From Octopus sinensis (taxonomy: Eukaryota): DNA of 64,000 nt. The position numbers and the translations under genes are program-made. How positions within the stretch are numbered: position 1 is the first letter of the stretch; every line of letters starts with the position of its first letter. Positions 1-14,471 of the stretch are shown in pieces. Location of the stretch: assembly GCF_006345805.1 (NCBI RefSeq), contig NC_042997.1, positions 89,032,001 to 89,096,000 on the forward strand. Reading direction: 5' to 3'. The notes beneath the pieces are model-generated. The model was given only the letters and a program-made list of their open reading frames with translations. It was not told the origin of the DNA and searched no databases.

Positions 1-992
1 TATAAAGAGGCTTTTGAATCATCTTGTATGTGTGCATATACATGTATGTATATGTGGGGGGGGTGACTGGACGGATGGTTGAATGGATTTATATTCACAC
101 GCACACATACACACACACACATGGTCACGCTTCTCTGTGTTCCTCGCTCTGCATTTCTCTTGTCTAGTCCTTTAGGACATTTTTCATTTCTCCCATGTAT
201 TACTCTGCACTTGTCTGTCTGCCAGCCCACTGCTATTTTATTTTATTTTTGTACGTGTATTATTTTTTGTTGTATATGTATTATTATATTTGTCTTCGTC
301 TGGCCCTAAGGCTATATTCTGTTTTTTATTTCATTTTTTGTCCTTCGTCCTTCCACAAACATTCTCGTCTCGAATTACTTTTATCCATTTTCGTATGTCC
401 ATTTCCATATTTCTTGTTCATTCATTGTTTGTCCGTCTCGTTTTGTTATGTTATGTTTTGTTCGCATTCCCAGTAAGTTTTCTTGCTGGTTGCTTCCAGA
501 GTAGAAGCAATATTATCGATAATGACACGAAATTGCGTTAGATACCCGGGCAGATAACTGATGAAAAGTTGGTGTCCTTCTGTGTTTGTTTTCTGTTTGT
601 CTGTGCAATTAGTATATGCTTTTCAACTTGACGGGGGGGGTTTGGGGGGCGATCGTTTGTTTATTACTATATGTGTTTCACTTCTGAAAAAAAAGTATAT
701 AAGCCTTCTGAGTGGATTCGGTGGACGGAATCTGAAAGAAGCCCATCGTATATATATATATATATATATAATATATATATATATATTCGGTATCGCGAAT
801 TACCGCGCATCTGAATAAAATTCCATTATGTAAAACAGAAGCAGTATAAAATAGCCATCTAGTTTTATACTTAATGTAAATACATTCGTCCAGAGTTAGT
901 AACTCTTATGGGCATGCTATGTTTGTAAAAACACCATACATAATGAAAGAGAGATGAAATCGTCCCAGCAGCAGTTATATCACGACTTTACG

Positions 993-1079
993 TATCTCTG
1001 AAGACTTTACAATACAATTTGCTTATGTAATCTGAATTGTATAATAAACATTCTGTTTTAAAGAAACGCGCGTAAGATA
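993..1079 (+). ncRNA. Type I hammerhead-like motif with long stem II
   Basis: UAUCU-CUGAAGA-(58 nt including the AUACAAUU/AAUUGUAU 8-bp helix)-GAAA-CGCGCG-UA-AGAUA. Confidence 0.6.
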
Positions 1080-1919
1080 GTATAATTAAATATTTTATGA
1101 AAAATCTCTCCTATTTTCGTTTCGTTTTCTTTACATACTCTGTAATCCAACGGCGGATTCCAACAAATGATAGTGCAGTATAGTACGAGTTCTACTCAAT
1201 GTTTCTCTTCAAGCATACGAGAATACACAAGGAGTTTTAAGTACCAGTTATTTGTCAACCAATTTAAATTTTGAATCGATTACACATACATATTGAAATC
1301 ATAAGAGTTTAGAAAATGCGAAAGAACGTGAAATAGCTCTTTTAGGGGGCGGCAAACTCGAAGCAGATAAAGCTATGAATAATAGTGTGGAAACATTGGG
1401 GTTTGACAAGAGAAAGCTTCATCTGTTTGGAGTTACATTGTTCCAATACACAGACACACACATATAAATGTGTGTTCGTGTATGTGTATGCGCGCGCGTA
1501 TCAATGTATTTATATATGTAAATACGTAGTTATTCATACATGTATGTTTATATATACAGACAGAATAAATGCCTACGTTCTTTGCATATTTAGAGTAGAT
1601 ATTTGTGTTCCTTCGAGCATGTAAAGCTCCTCGGACCTCCTAGTTTGATACGGTATTTATTTCTAATTGAATCTCCTCTACACAAAATGCGTTTATATGT
1701 TTGTGTGTGTGCCTTGTATGTGTGTGCGTGTGTGTGTGTGCGTGTGTGTGTGTGCGTGTGTGTGCGTGCGTGCGTGCGTGTGTGTGTTCGTTAGTCGAGT
1801 CGCTTGATAGCTTTCATTTGCATCGGCCTTTTAACTTTCGCCTATGAAATAAAGCTGTTAGTGTTCCTTGTGGCTTTAAACCTATACAGCTATTACTACT
1901 ACGACTACTGCTGATGATA

Positions 1920-2372
1920 ATTGTTTCAAATTTTGGTACAAGGGCGGCAATATTTGAGGGGAGGGGAAACTCGATTACATCGATCCCAGAGCTCAGCTAA
2001 TACTTATTTTATCGATTGTGAAGGGATGAACAGCTACGTCGACCTCTACAATTATTAAAATAGGAACATAAAAAGCCTGAATAAATACTGCTAAGCATTT
2101 TATCCGGCACTCAGACGGGTCTGCCAGCTCACCGGCTTAATAACAAAAGTTGATGTCGTTGTTGTTGTCGTCGTTGTCATTATTGTTATTATTATTAAGG
2201 CGGCAGGCTGGCAGAAACGTTAGCATGCCGAGCAAAATGTTCAATGGCATTTCTTCCGTCTTTATGTTTTAAGTTCAAATTCCCCCGATGTCGACTTTGC
2301 CTTTTATCCTTTCGGGGTCTCTAAATTAAGTACCTCACCCCAGAATTTCAATCCTTGTGCCTATAGTAGAAA
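1920..2372. mobile_element. Pair of family A SINEs in divergent orientation
   Basis: A minus copy at 1920-2138 and a plus copy at 2197-2372, separated by (GTT)/(ATT) microsatellite. Confidence 0.75.
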
Positions 2373-2379
2373 TGACTCT

Positions 2380-2860
2380 TATTGTTATTCGGTAGTCATC
2401 ACGTGCTTTCACTGCACTATCGGGCGCAGCTCTGTGTGCTTTGGATATGTGTTGGAGTTTGTTGTGATACTCTTATTTTTACTGTATTGAAAGTGTTTTA
2501 CGTAGGATGTGTGCGATGACTAGTAGTGCTATTTTCTGAATGTTATATATATTTGTTAATTCTGGTGTTTTTGTTATATATTTGACTGAATAATTTTTTA
2601 TTATACCTAATGCATCTACTGTGATAGAAATTGTTTCTGTTTTTAGGTTTAACATTCGAGTTACTTCTATTTCCAGGTCTTTGTATTTTGAAAGTTTCTC
2701 CATTTCTTTTAGAGAAACGTCGTCATCTGTTGGTATTGATACATCGATTAGAAAGCATTTTATTTCTTGGCGATCTCTGACAACTATTGGCCTTAATTTC
2801 TCTATCTGTGTGTATTAGCATATTTGGCTGCTATTTCTACCATGTCTAGCTACCATGTAA
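2380..2860 (-). mobile_element. R4/Dong-clade LINE 3' fragment (RLE endonuclease end)
   Basis: ORF 2479-2703 KLSKYKDLEIEVTRMLNLKTETISITVDALGIIK...IQKIALL...HILRKTLS is homologous to the C-terminus of the 24.5 kb copy. Confidence 0.85.
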
Positions 2861-2992
2861 AGGTCTGAACTTAATTTTCATTCACATATCTGCATTTCAA
2901 AAATTTAATATAATCTTTTCCGTAAATCAACTATCGTAAACACATACACACACGCAAGCACGCACACACATATACACACACAGACACACACA

Positions 2993-3030
<38 letters not shown>

Positions 3031-3119
3031 ACACATACACGCACACACACACACACACACATCCATTTCATATATCTTCTTTCAATTTCTGCTCTCTGCA
3101 AATAAATTTTTTACGAATA

Positions 3120-3363
3120 GAACTGCTTACAAAAATAGGAATTAATGTATAATTTCTTTCTATGTTCATAATTAAATCAATGTTTTAATGATTAGACAGA
3201 GGTCCAATAGAATAGCTCTCAAAAACAGACTACGTACAAATTCATTCTTCACAACTCCTGAAGCTGTTTTCTGACAAGGGGGCGAGGGAGTCAGAAAATG
3301 TTCATACAGCTGGAGGCTACAATCGAAACAGGGGACCCGAAATGATAAGGTTGAGAAACGCTG
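3120..3363. mobile_element. hAT-like MITE end fragment (related ends at about 8274-8560 and 43782-44040)
   Basis: Terminal AAGGTTGAGAAACGCTG is the reverse complement of CAGCGTTTCTCAACCTT, matching CAGCACTTCTCAACCTT at 8274. Confidence 0.5.
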
Positions 3364-3384
3364 TTATAGATTATATTATGCCTA

Positions 3385-3447
3385 ACCGAAAACGATCACG
3401 GCCACATCATCCAAACAGACCGGGTGAAACCGGGCTTAGCTGCTAGT
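3385..3447 (+). mobile_element. Helitron-type 3' terminus
   Basis: Imperfect GC hairpin (ACCGGGTGAAACCGGG) about 10 nt upstream of CTAG followed by T. A near-identical end occurs at about 62225-62275. Confidence 0.55.
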
Positions 3448-4003
3448 TACATATAATAGTATGCATTCGTTCGACCCTGCTGATTCACTTGGTCGTTATC
3501 CTCTGTTTCTCGCTTCAATACGTTCGTTTACTCCACAAAATGTGAATCCATACAAGGAACACTTCCAAGAAGATGAAATAAACGTACTCAGCACAGAGCT
3601 TGATACGAAACACAGCTACTGGTGTGAAGAGACTTTAACTCCTAAATTATTTGTATATAAGGATAGTATAGAGTTAACTGATTTAGATAAACGTCATTTG
3701 TAATGTTGACAGATCAGGCTAGGTCAGTGTTTCTCTTGGCAGAAGAATCTGAGAGAATTGACAAGGGGCTGACAAATTGCCGTGTTTAATATAATTAAGA
3801 TAGCCTCCAGCTTTTTTAAATATGTCCAACACCATAATCAAAAAAGAAAAATACAGAACTAAGTAGATGAAACTCTGTTCTGTCTTCTCATCAATAACTG
3901 GCGGTAAGGATGGGGTAAAAAAATTCACACGTACACACACATACAAATTAACATATATGTATACATGTACACATGTATGAGAGTGTGTGTGTGTTTATAT
4001 ATG

Positions 4004-4048
<45 letters not shown>

Positions 4049-4058
4049 ACACACACAT

Positions 4059-4110
<52 letters not shown>

Positions 4111-4165
4111 TAATATATATATCATATATATATATAGATATATATATATATATATCTATATATTA

Positions 4166-4823
4166 CAGGGTACGTCAATTTGCGGAGGGTGGGGGTTAAT
4201 TCATTTGAATGGATTAGAAAGACACTCATAGCTCATCAAAATAAAGGCTGTATTTGAAAAAAATGAAATGAACTAGTACATATAATCTTAAGAATCCTTT
4301 TGTCACGTATATTCAATGAATCCCCCCTTAGCATCAATGCTGCTTCAAATCGGGATCGGAAGCATTGGCATGCCCGAATCAGATGATCTTTATCAATTTT
4401 GGATATAGGATATAGTGTTGGTTATGGCAGACTTGAGAGATTGTGTGACATTATAGGGTGTTGATTGAACCTTCCCTTCTCTCGACTACGCCCCATACAT
4501 AATAGTCCAGTGGATTGACGTCTAGTGAGCTAGGAAGTCATGCGCTTGGGAAACATGATGATGGAGAATATTACACATCCACGCTTGGACTGTCCTAGCC
4601 TAATGAGATGGTGCAGAGTCTTGTTGGAAGACATACGGTCTTCCATTGTGTACTTTGTTTATCCAAGGCTACACGACTTTCTGTGTAAACAGTAGCATTA
4701 ACTCTTAAGCCCTGTGCAAAAATGTGAGGTGTAACATCTCTCTCGTTGCTGACGATTCCCAAAACCATCACAGTTGCTGATAACTTAGCATGACCCCCTC
4801 ATTCGGGTGTGCATTTCCTTCGG
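4166..4823 (-). mobile_element. maT/DD37D-like Tc1-mariner transposase 3' fragment with terminal TIR
   Basis: The minus strand reads GRPYVFQQDSAPSH and (W)PSSLDVNPLDYYVWGVVER. TA-CAGGGT terminus at 4164-4171. Confidence 0.8.
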
Positions 4824-5722
4824 TTTACCTTTTGACCCAGATCGAAATTTTCTTATTGGAGAAAAAAACAAAGCATTCCAGCCTCTTGATGTTTTCACTT
4901 GCTAACAAGCACTTTGCACGGATCGAATGATTCTTTCTTGTCACATCAGACATAAACTGACCCTTCCACATCAAATGACTTGTACCGGATGTCCTCATGC
5001 CCAACTCTTCGGGTGAACAATTCTGAAACGCTCGTTGAATTTTCGTTTTCACGCAAGATGACCTCACATATCGAGCAGAGACCATAAACCCATGTCTTAT
5101 TAACAATGATGATGATCTTCATGAAATTTGGGTTGTGGTTTGCATCGTCCAACATGTCCTGAGTGATTTCCATGCGGAGTTGCTTCTGGAGCTCCGCCAG
5201 CACCTTGGGGACGAATTACATCGGTACTCTCCTCATGCACAAATCCTTCGTTAAAATGTGATTATTCTCACTTTGTGAGCAATTTACTGGATTGTTTTTA
5301 CGACGATGTTTTATGACTATTCACCAAACGTTCTCAATCGACTCCTCGTTTCGGCTGGCGGATGGCCTGTCTGAGCATACCTCGCTCTCCACCAATATGC
5401 GGCCATGTTTGAAGAGATTGTACTACACTTTGACCTGAGTTTTGCCCATGACATCATCGCCAAAGGCCTGTTGAATCTTCTGAAAGCTTTTGGCGAAACT
5501 TGATGCAATATCTCTGCTCGATGCGTTCGGTGAAAACGAAAATCCGACGAGTGCGCATTACACGTCTGCACTTAGGTGTAACAGCAAAGAACTGACACAA
5601 CCTATCTGCGTGAGAATTTTCATGCATGCGCAGGAAGGGTGTTGTTATCTCTAACCCAAAGGATTTTGCCCTCTTGGCATTAGTTTTGGCGGGAAAAAGA
5701 ATCGGATACTTTTTGAACGCAC

Positions 5723-5726
<4 letters not shown>
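4824..5726 (-). mobile_element. mariner (DD34D-type) transposon, 5' part, degenerate
   Basis: Terminus TA-TGAGGTGCGTTCAAAAAGTATCCG on the minus strand at 5701-5728. ORF 4946-5203 QKQLRMEITQDMLDDANHNPNFMKIIIIVNKTWVYG matches the mariner ...ITGDETWVYGYD region. Confidence 0.85.
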
Positions 5727-5803
<77 letters not shown>

Positions 5804-5867
5804 TATATAATAGAAATATTAAAATTAACTAAGTCTCTCTAAAGGAGATTACGGCAGCGTTAATGAA

Positions 5868-6342
<475 letters not shown>

Positions 6343-6568
6343 AAATAATAAATAAGTAAAACATATGCATTTATGTACGTACATACCTCTACATGTATAT
6401 ATACATGCATATATGGGTACAGGACACCAAAAAAAAGTCGAACACAATGAGAAACGAAAACATAAACACAAAACCAAGGAAATAGAAATTTTTTAAAATA
6501 ACGAAAAAATAGAGTACAGGACATACAAAACAAGGAAAATTCCCTTCTTCAGTCGCCTTAATTTTATC

Positions 6569-6606
<38 letters not shown>

Positions 6607-6617
6607 TATATATAATA

Positions 6618-6693
<76 letters not shown>

Positions 6694-6896
6694 CAAGCAT
6701 ATATATGTGTGTGTGTGTTTAAATAGTTATCGGTAATTTTATTGCAATAAAGTGTTTCCTGATGATCTTTTGTGTTTGAACATCCAAGTGCACTTTGAAC
6801 ACCTAATGCAAGGCTCCCAACAGCCATAATAGCGAAATGCGCCCACGAACTTTAATATAAACTCATGTTTATCCTTATTTCTCATATGTGTGTACG

Positions 6897-6932
<36 letters not shown>

Positions 6933-7013
6933 ATATATATAATATATATATAAATAAAACATAATATATAAACATATATGTATAAACATATATATATAAA
7001 CATATATGTATAA

Positions 7014-7106
<93 letters not shown>

Positions 7107-9062
7107 ATATATGGTGGTTAGCAACAACTTCAACAGTATCGAATCAAATGAAGGAGGGAGAGGACAGTACTACAAATATAACAACAACAAAAACAATAAC
7201 TGTTGTAACCACCACACACAATAGGCGGGATGAGAAATGTTAGCTACTTGAAGGTAGATTATTGTGTAAAAAAAAGTGAAAGAAAATACAAGTTATCTTA
7301 TAATAAATGTAATAAAAAGAAATAACACCCAGCCTGTATAGCATAGAAAACATCATGTCGGCCGACAACAAGCTCAATATGAACGAACCCATCGACCTTT
7401 CTAAAGTACCAGCGTCTATAACAAGCAGATTATCGAGCTGGGCGTGGATGTTATGGACTTCACTTAACCACCGTGTGGTCCTCACAAGCAAAACCACCCG
7501 CACCACCACCAAAATTCCTCCTGTGCTTCACCACCCAATTGTTGTATGTATTATAAATGCTTGAGCTTGTCCCTTCCCGCCACGTCCCTCTAAGGGTAGC
7601 TTAACGTTACAAACCAACTACAATAATATCCTTCAGGTGTGTGGAAGATGTGGAGCAAGTGTTATGGAGATGTTTTGTATATGTGTGTGCGTTTGTTTCG
7701 CATCCATAGGCGTGTGTGTATGTGTATTTGTGCACACATATGTGTTTATGCGCACGTATGTTTGTACAATGATGTGACGGTGTGTTGGTGTTTTTATGTG
7801 TTGGGAGGGGTTCTTATTGTATATATGTCGGTGGGAGGCATGGATGGGTATTTGTGTATATAAAAAAATGGAAGGAAAGTGATTGCGAAAAGAAAATAAA
7901 AGCCTGTATTTCCCACTTTTCTCATGTTTTTTTTTTCGGATGGTTGGTAAAACGTGTGCCTTCATAGGTGTGTATGTGTTTGTGTGCTTGGGTGAATTTA
8001 GAAATACTTTCTCCCTCCTCACATATACATACCCATCTTTATTTCTACTGCTCACCACAAATCTGTGTGTTTTTGTAATTCCTGTTCATCCCTTGATCAG
8101 CCCAAGTAAAGCCTATAATAAAAGGCTTTCCAGCAATAACCATCCTGTTATGTGCCAATTTTTCTGTTTATTTTTTATATTTTAGATGTAATGTATCTTT
8201 TTTTTAAGTCGGTAAAGCATAATTTGAGGGAAATTTGATTGTTTGTTCTAGCAAGTCAAGCGACCACATAGAGCAGCACTTCTCAACCTTTTAACACTTA
8301 GGAAACCTTTGAACTATATCCTGTGTCTCAGAGGACCCCATACGAAAAAAAAACTTAATTATCTTAATCATTTTCTTTCTCCTACATACAGCTAAATTTC
8401 CCAACAGGTTGAACAAATGATAGAAGACCCTTTGACAGTGAGATAAAAAAAAAGTTTAAGGAATTTCGTCTTAATCAGAACCTTGTTTAGACCAAATTCC
8501 TTTACAATTCCTCACTAAAAAGTAATTTTCCCGTGAAATATCTTTACAACAGATACTTAAAAGTTAATTAGAGCTATGACAACAATGCCTATATACAAGA
8601 AATAGAATCAAGTGAAGGAATCTCAAATATATCACTCAAAATATATAGTACTGTAATCTGGGACATAAGCTTATTTTTCGATATTCTGAAATACATCTTA
8701 TCAGATCATGATTGAATTTTAGTAATAAAGTTGTTCTTATACAACATATCCGGGGATAGGCGGTGAGCTGACAGTAAAAATACCAAACGTATTACTTTCT
8801 GTGTTAAAATCTGTCGATGTTGGTTTTGCCTTTCATCATTCTGGGGTCGATAAAATGAAGTATCTATAAACTTATGTAGGTAGAAATTCAGCCCTGGGTG
8901 GGGAGCAGGGAAACTCAAGGGCTGCCCTTTGAGACAAACATTCAAGCTACGCCATTGTTTTTTTGGTCTCTAATATGGTACGGATTGGTCCTCTCAAATT
9001 TCAAGGATACCAAGCATTTCTTTTTCTTTTCTTATTTTTTTGGTGGCCCAGCAGGTAGTGAA

Positions 9063-9099
<37 letters not shown>

Positions 9100-9109
9100 A
9101 TATATATAG

Positions 9110-9183
<74 letters not shown>

Positions 9184-9575
9184 TATCCTCGGCATCAGAG
9201 GCTTTGACAAATGTACTGGCTGCACCATCCTTTCAATAGTCTTATTCATTTTTGTTATTTTAGGGATTAAATAATAGACTTTCGAATATTCAGCCAGCTA
9301 TTTTCTCAAGAATTGATAATTAATATATTAAATCAACTTCAAAATGTAAAGGGCTCAGAAAAAAACATAAAACCGTTTAATGTAAATGAAGTAATTGTTA
9401 GAACAATTAAAAGAAACGAAACAAAGATCGGATTCGGTATAACTGCTTGACCTACAATAACTTTTAAATACATACATATTTAATAAAATATGGAAACAAT
9501 GGGAAAAGCTTTATTTTGAATGTAAGATAAACACAGTATTATCACAACGTGTGTATGTGTGTGTGAATGTGTGCG

Positions 9576-9622
<47 letters not shown>

Positions 9623-11084
9623 AATACTCGAAATTTCATGAACATAAATACTATAAAGTATTTACAATTGACTTTTCAAACGTACTCGAATAACCGAAAC
9701 CAGCACTGAAATAGTAATTTGAAATTAATTAACTTAAAGAAATAAGCTGTTATAATGATTATAGGAATAAGTATATCATAATTATAACGAAAACATATCA
9801 TTCGTTCTAGGCAATTAGCGATAATGCTCAATAGCAAAAAATCTTCAGGTTTAGAGCAATGGTATAATATATTTTTACAACCAATACGAGAAAGCACACA
9901 AAAAAATAAAACCAAGTGATATATTGAAATAAATAGATTATGTTTCCACTAAGCAAAAGTTCATAGAAGTATATGAACACGCAATGCCTTCGTCAATGAA
10001 ACAACAAAGGAGATCGCATGAGTATTTTATTGAGTACTGTTGATATCGTGACTGAGAAGGCGGAGATATATGGAAACAATCGAAATATCCTTTCTACTAC
10101 AGACACAAGACCTGAAATTTGAGGCGGTAAGAGTTAGTCGATTACATTGATCCCAGTACTTTACTAGTATTATTATTATCACCACCACCACCACCCAAAA
10201 AATGAAAGGCAAAGTCTACTTAGACAAAATTTGAACTCAGGTGGTAATGACGGACGAAATGCCGCTAAGCATTTTGTCCGGCCATCTCACCGCCTTGGAA
10301 ACAGTTGAAATAGAGGTTTCAAATTTTGGCACAAGGTCAGAAAGTTCGGGAGAGGGGCTTAGCCGACTACATCGACCCCAGTGCCCAACTGGTACCTATT
10401 TTATCGACTCTGAAAGGATGAAAGGCAAAGTCCACCTCGGTGGAATTTGAACTCAGAACGTAAGGACAAACGAAATGCCATTAAACATTTTGCCCAGCGA
10501 TCTAACGATTCTGTCGGCTCGCTGGCTTAGTGGACTGAACAAACGTGAAATAAAATGTCTTGCTCAAGGACACAATTGCGTCATCTGAGATGGAAACTCA
10601 CATTCTTACGATTGTGAGCGAATAGCCTAACCACCAAGCCACGGGCATTCACTAAACAGTCGAAATATTGATTTCAAATTTGATACAAGACCAGCAATTA
10701 CGGGGGCGAGGTAACTTGATTTAATCGACCACAGTACTCAACTTGTACCTATTTTATCAACCTTGGCGGATTTGAACTTAGACTATAAAAACGGACGAAA
10801 TGCCACAAATAACTTTATCCGGCATACGGAGACCAAAATTTTTAAAAGATGGAGTTCAACATTAATCTACAGAGATTAGCTATTGTGTTTAATTACAAAA
10901 ATTGCAGCCGTTGCTCAAAGTCAAGTAAGATTTGGTAGTACGTACCAAGTTAGCACTAATTGTGTTATATGACCATGTAGCCATTAGCAAACATAGACAT
11001 CCTGTCGATTCTTGATTCAGTGGAACATTCAGGAGCAAAGATGGCAAGAAAGAGATGGAGAACATGGTTGTTGTTGCATCTTAC

Positions 11085-11168
11085 GTTCTTTATACCATCT
11101 TTCCCACCGATTTCAGTATAGAAGTAACCAGTAGTTTGATCAACTGGATGAGCTGCCCGTTGAATATT
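11085..11168 (-). CDS. Candidate internal exon (28 aa, phase 0-0)
   Basis: CTACAG| acceptor, AAC|GTAAGA donor, and only one open frame: NIQRAAHPVDQTTGYFYTEIGGKDGIKN. Confidence 0.25.
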
Positions 11169-11365
11169 CTGTAGATATATGTACCCATAATGTAATGTTT
11201 TGGAAGAATGTGACAAAACTCTACCATTGAATTGCTTCTGTCTACTCGTATCTCTCACAAGGCTTGGATCGACCCGAAGCCAAAGTAAAGACACTGAAAT
11301 GAGATCGAACCAAGGACCTCATGGCTATGAAGAGAACTTCTTAACCAATCAGTTATTGCTGCCTC

Positions 11366-11427
<62 letters not shown>

Positions 11428-11764
11428 TGAGTGAGTGAGTGAGTGTGTGTTTGAGTGCGTGCGCGTGCGCCGCGTATGTGTACAGAAAGAAAGAGAACGA
11501 AAGAAAGAAAGGAAGGAAGACAGAAAGAAAGAAAGGGACTGTGAGAGGGGTAGAGAGACGGAAAGATATCTGAACCACGTTACTTTTCTCACTTCTCTCT
11601 TTTCTCGTTCTAATTTCTTCACTGTCTTCCTACACCTTTCACTTTACTTACTTTCTTCGTTTGTTCCCTCACATGTGCCTCTTCCCGTCGCTCTCATCTT
11701 CAATAGTTTAACTATTAGCCCCTCCTTGTATCAATTTATCTCGGTGGTGGCTTGGTTGGTGCAA

Positions 11765-12295
11765 TGTGGAGCTGGTAAATGAAGATATATTTCGTTGGGC
11801 GCGTGAATAATAACTGAAGCACACTCGCGAAATATTTATTGCTGAACATAAAGATATTGGTGTTGGCTATTTACAATGAACAACATAAATGTTTGCTGAC
11901 TGGGAACGAGATAGACTGCTCTGAAATTATAGAAAGTTTTCTGTGAGACAACATGCAGTTGGTCCAAAAACATACGAAGTCAAGTGCGCAAACCTCCGTG
12001 GTGAAAGAGGCCCTTGGCCGTTTGCCCTTGGCTGTCTGGCCTTGGCCGTCTGAGCAAATGTCTTGAACCGTTAGAGTGGCAAGAATGGAATCGCATGTTG
12101 CTCAACCGCCTTCAACATTCTGCGATAAATCTTGCGGCAAAACATCCTTTTATAGGGGTACAAGAACATTCTAGAAAACTACATCACGACACAGCTTCAC
12201 GCTGACTGGTTACTTAAATGACCAATCATGTGAAATTGTGGTGGTTCGCTCGTCGTGTTTAACTGATTATATAGTAATTGAGGTTTCGAATCACA
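11765..12295 (-). mobile_element. Probable solo LTR
   Basis: TGTG...CACA termini, flanks GCAA/GCTA (3/4 match), minus-strand TATAAAAGG at about 12145 and an ATAAATA signal about 310 nt downstream, no coding capacity. Confidence 0.45.
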
Positions 12296-13534
12296 GCTAC
12301 AAATTCCTTCTTTTTCTTCTCTCAACATTTTATTCAATAAGCCCTTTTGTTTCTCTGGCTAACAAGTCGAATTTTCCAGACCAAAATTGACTGCCAAAAA
12401 AGGTAGCAAGACATATACACCAAGACGACTTTGGAGAATCAAAAATTCTATGTGAAATGCAGCAGGATTTGGAAAGATTGTGATGAAGTTTGAATGTTTA
12501 CATATTAACGCTATATACCACGTCGACTTGAATGAGGTAAATACTGTAATATCTTCTTTCATCAACCCGTCCAACGTGTCATTTACTCTCTTTCTCTCTA
12601 TGTATATATATTTCTCTGTCTGCCTCTTTCTCTCTCTTTCGTTCCCTCATATTATCTCCTTCACCTATGATTAAGCAACACTTTTCTACCACTCATTCCC
12701 CACACTACATTTTCGCTCCATTTTCACTTTCTCTCCACCGCCACTTTTTCACACCCTTCCCTTCGAATCTCACTCATAACCTCAACAGCCTCTTATTCGC
12801 TCAATCGCTCGTCTCAATGATTCTTCACTCCATTCATGACCAACATAAACACTAACACATATGCACAGTGTTACTCCTTTTCCCTCCACTTTCAAACCTC
12901 TCTCCATCATACTCTTTCTCTTTCTCATCCTTACACAGTCATCACACTCTTACTCAATGTCTCCAGCCTTCTCATTCACTCTTTACTTCATTCTCACTCA
13001 CTCCCACATCTACAAATATAAATCCATTACATCCAATGTAATCTAGTAACTATAACTTCAGGCCATTTTAGTTCACGAGGTCAAATGAGTTGAAGGTGAA
13101 GGTCACATGACTGTTTAATCTCCCACTCAACTACCTAACTACTGCTTCGCCACATTCACACCTGAAGACATCTCTATTTTTCACACCCATTTTCTTCTTC
13201 TTTCTCGTATTCTTCCTCACCTATACACACACACACACACACGCACACACACTCACAGTCCATATTACAAGAACACTCCGCATTACTGGAGTAACACGTC
13301 TCTGAAAAAACTTATAATGTAAAATCACGTAAAGCAAAATTAATTTTCTAGTTGATTTTCAAGTTATAAAATGATAAAGCGTTCCAACGGATTTTTTCGG
13401 GGAGCGGGGCAGAAGTAGCAAAAAAACGTAACATGATCATTTTACTGTATGAACATAACACTTTCTAAACGAACACAATGCAACACACACACACACAGAC
13501 ACACACCCAGATAAATATATTCATATTTACGATA

Positions 13535-13690
13535 TGCTTCTTTTAGTTTCCGTCTACGAAATCCACTTACAAGGCTTTGCTCGAGGATATAGTAGAAGAT
13601 ACTTGCCCAAGGTGGCACCTAGAGGGACTGAACGCCGAACCATGTGGTTTGGAAGTAAGCATCTCACAATACAGCCACATCTGCGCCTGT
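13535..13690 (-). mobile_element. Family B SINE head
   Basis: Reverse complement of GGCTGTATTGTGAGATGCTTACTTCCAAACCACATGGTTCGGCGTTCAGTCCC. Confidence 0.75.
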
Positions 13691-13721
13691 ATATATATAT
13701 ATATATATATATATTTGCATG

Positions 13722-13752
<31 letters not shown>

Positions 13753-13773
13753 ATGTATTATATATATATGGTG

Positions 13774-13806
<33 letters not shown>

Positions 13807-14056
13807 ATATATTATATATATATATTATATAATATATATATATATATATGAGCGGTATTGGTACCCAGAAAAACCCAAGGTGGCAGGTAACCCCATGTAA
13901 GTACTATAGAAGTACCGTAGTTAAACTCTCGGTTCGATAATGATACGAGAGAAGAGTTTAATGCGACTCTTGTATGAGCATGTATATGTTAAATAAAATG
14001 CAACAAAAAATCCAAGGATGTGTGGAATTTTCAGGACATTTATAAAGAGAAAGTTA

Positions 14057-14104
14057 GTCTTACAGCTGTTTCTGGGATGTTAGGGATATCCTTTCATCAG
14101 AGAC
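14057..14104 (-). ncRNA. Minimal type I hammerhead ribozyme-like motif
   Basis: GUCU-CUGAUGA-AAGGAUAUCCCUAACAUCCCA-GAAA-CAGCUG-UA-AGAC: intact core, 4-bp stem I, partly decayed stem II. Confidence 0.7.
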
Positions 14105-14400
14105 GATGTGAGATGGTTAGATAGAGGGAACTATTAAAGTTCAATAAGTGTGTGTATGTGCGCGCGTGTGTAAAATGTGTGAATATTTTTTATGTATTTA
14201 TGTACGTGTATGTTTGTCCCCCTCACTTTATTTGACAACCAGTGTCGGTTTATTTACGTCCCCATAACTTAGTGATTTGACAAAAAAAGACCTACAGCAT
14301 AAGTACCGAGCTTTAGAAATAGTACTGGAGTCGATAGTCTAATGATGGAAACAAGTAAAATACAAAAGATATACATACATACATACATACATACATACAT

Positions 14401-14433
<33 letters not shown>

Positions 14434-14438
14434 TACAT

Positions 14439-14471
<33 letters not shown>

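Noticed and set aside
6520-6560. CUGAAGA/CUGAUGA followed by a hairpin (also at 559 and 32270-32295)
   Set aside because: There is no downstream GAAA, stem III or stem I partner, so it is not a complete hammerhead.
6755-6790. CUGAUGA...GAAACAUC hammerhead-like spacing (also 49855-49885, minus)
   Set aside because: Stems I and II do not pair convincingly.
10110-10133. Apparent 24-nt micro-exon with good AG/GTAAGA sites (TQDLKFEA)
   Set aside because: The sequence is a decayed reverse copy of the family A SINE tail.
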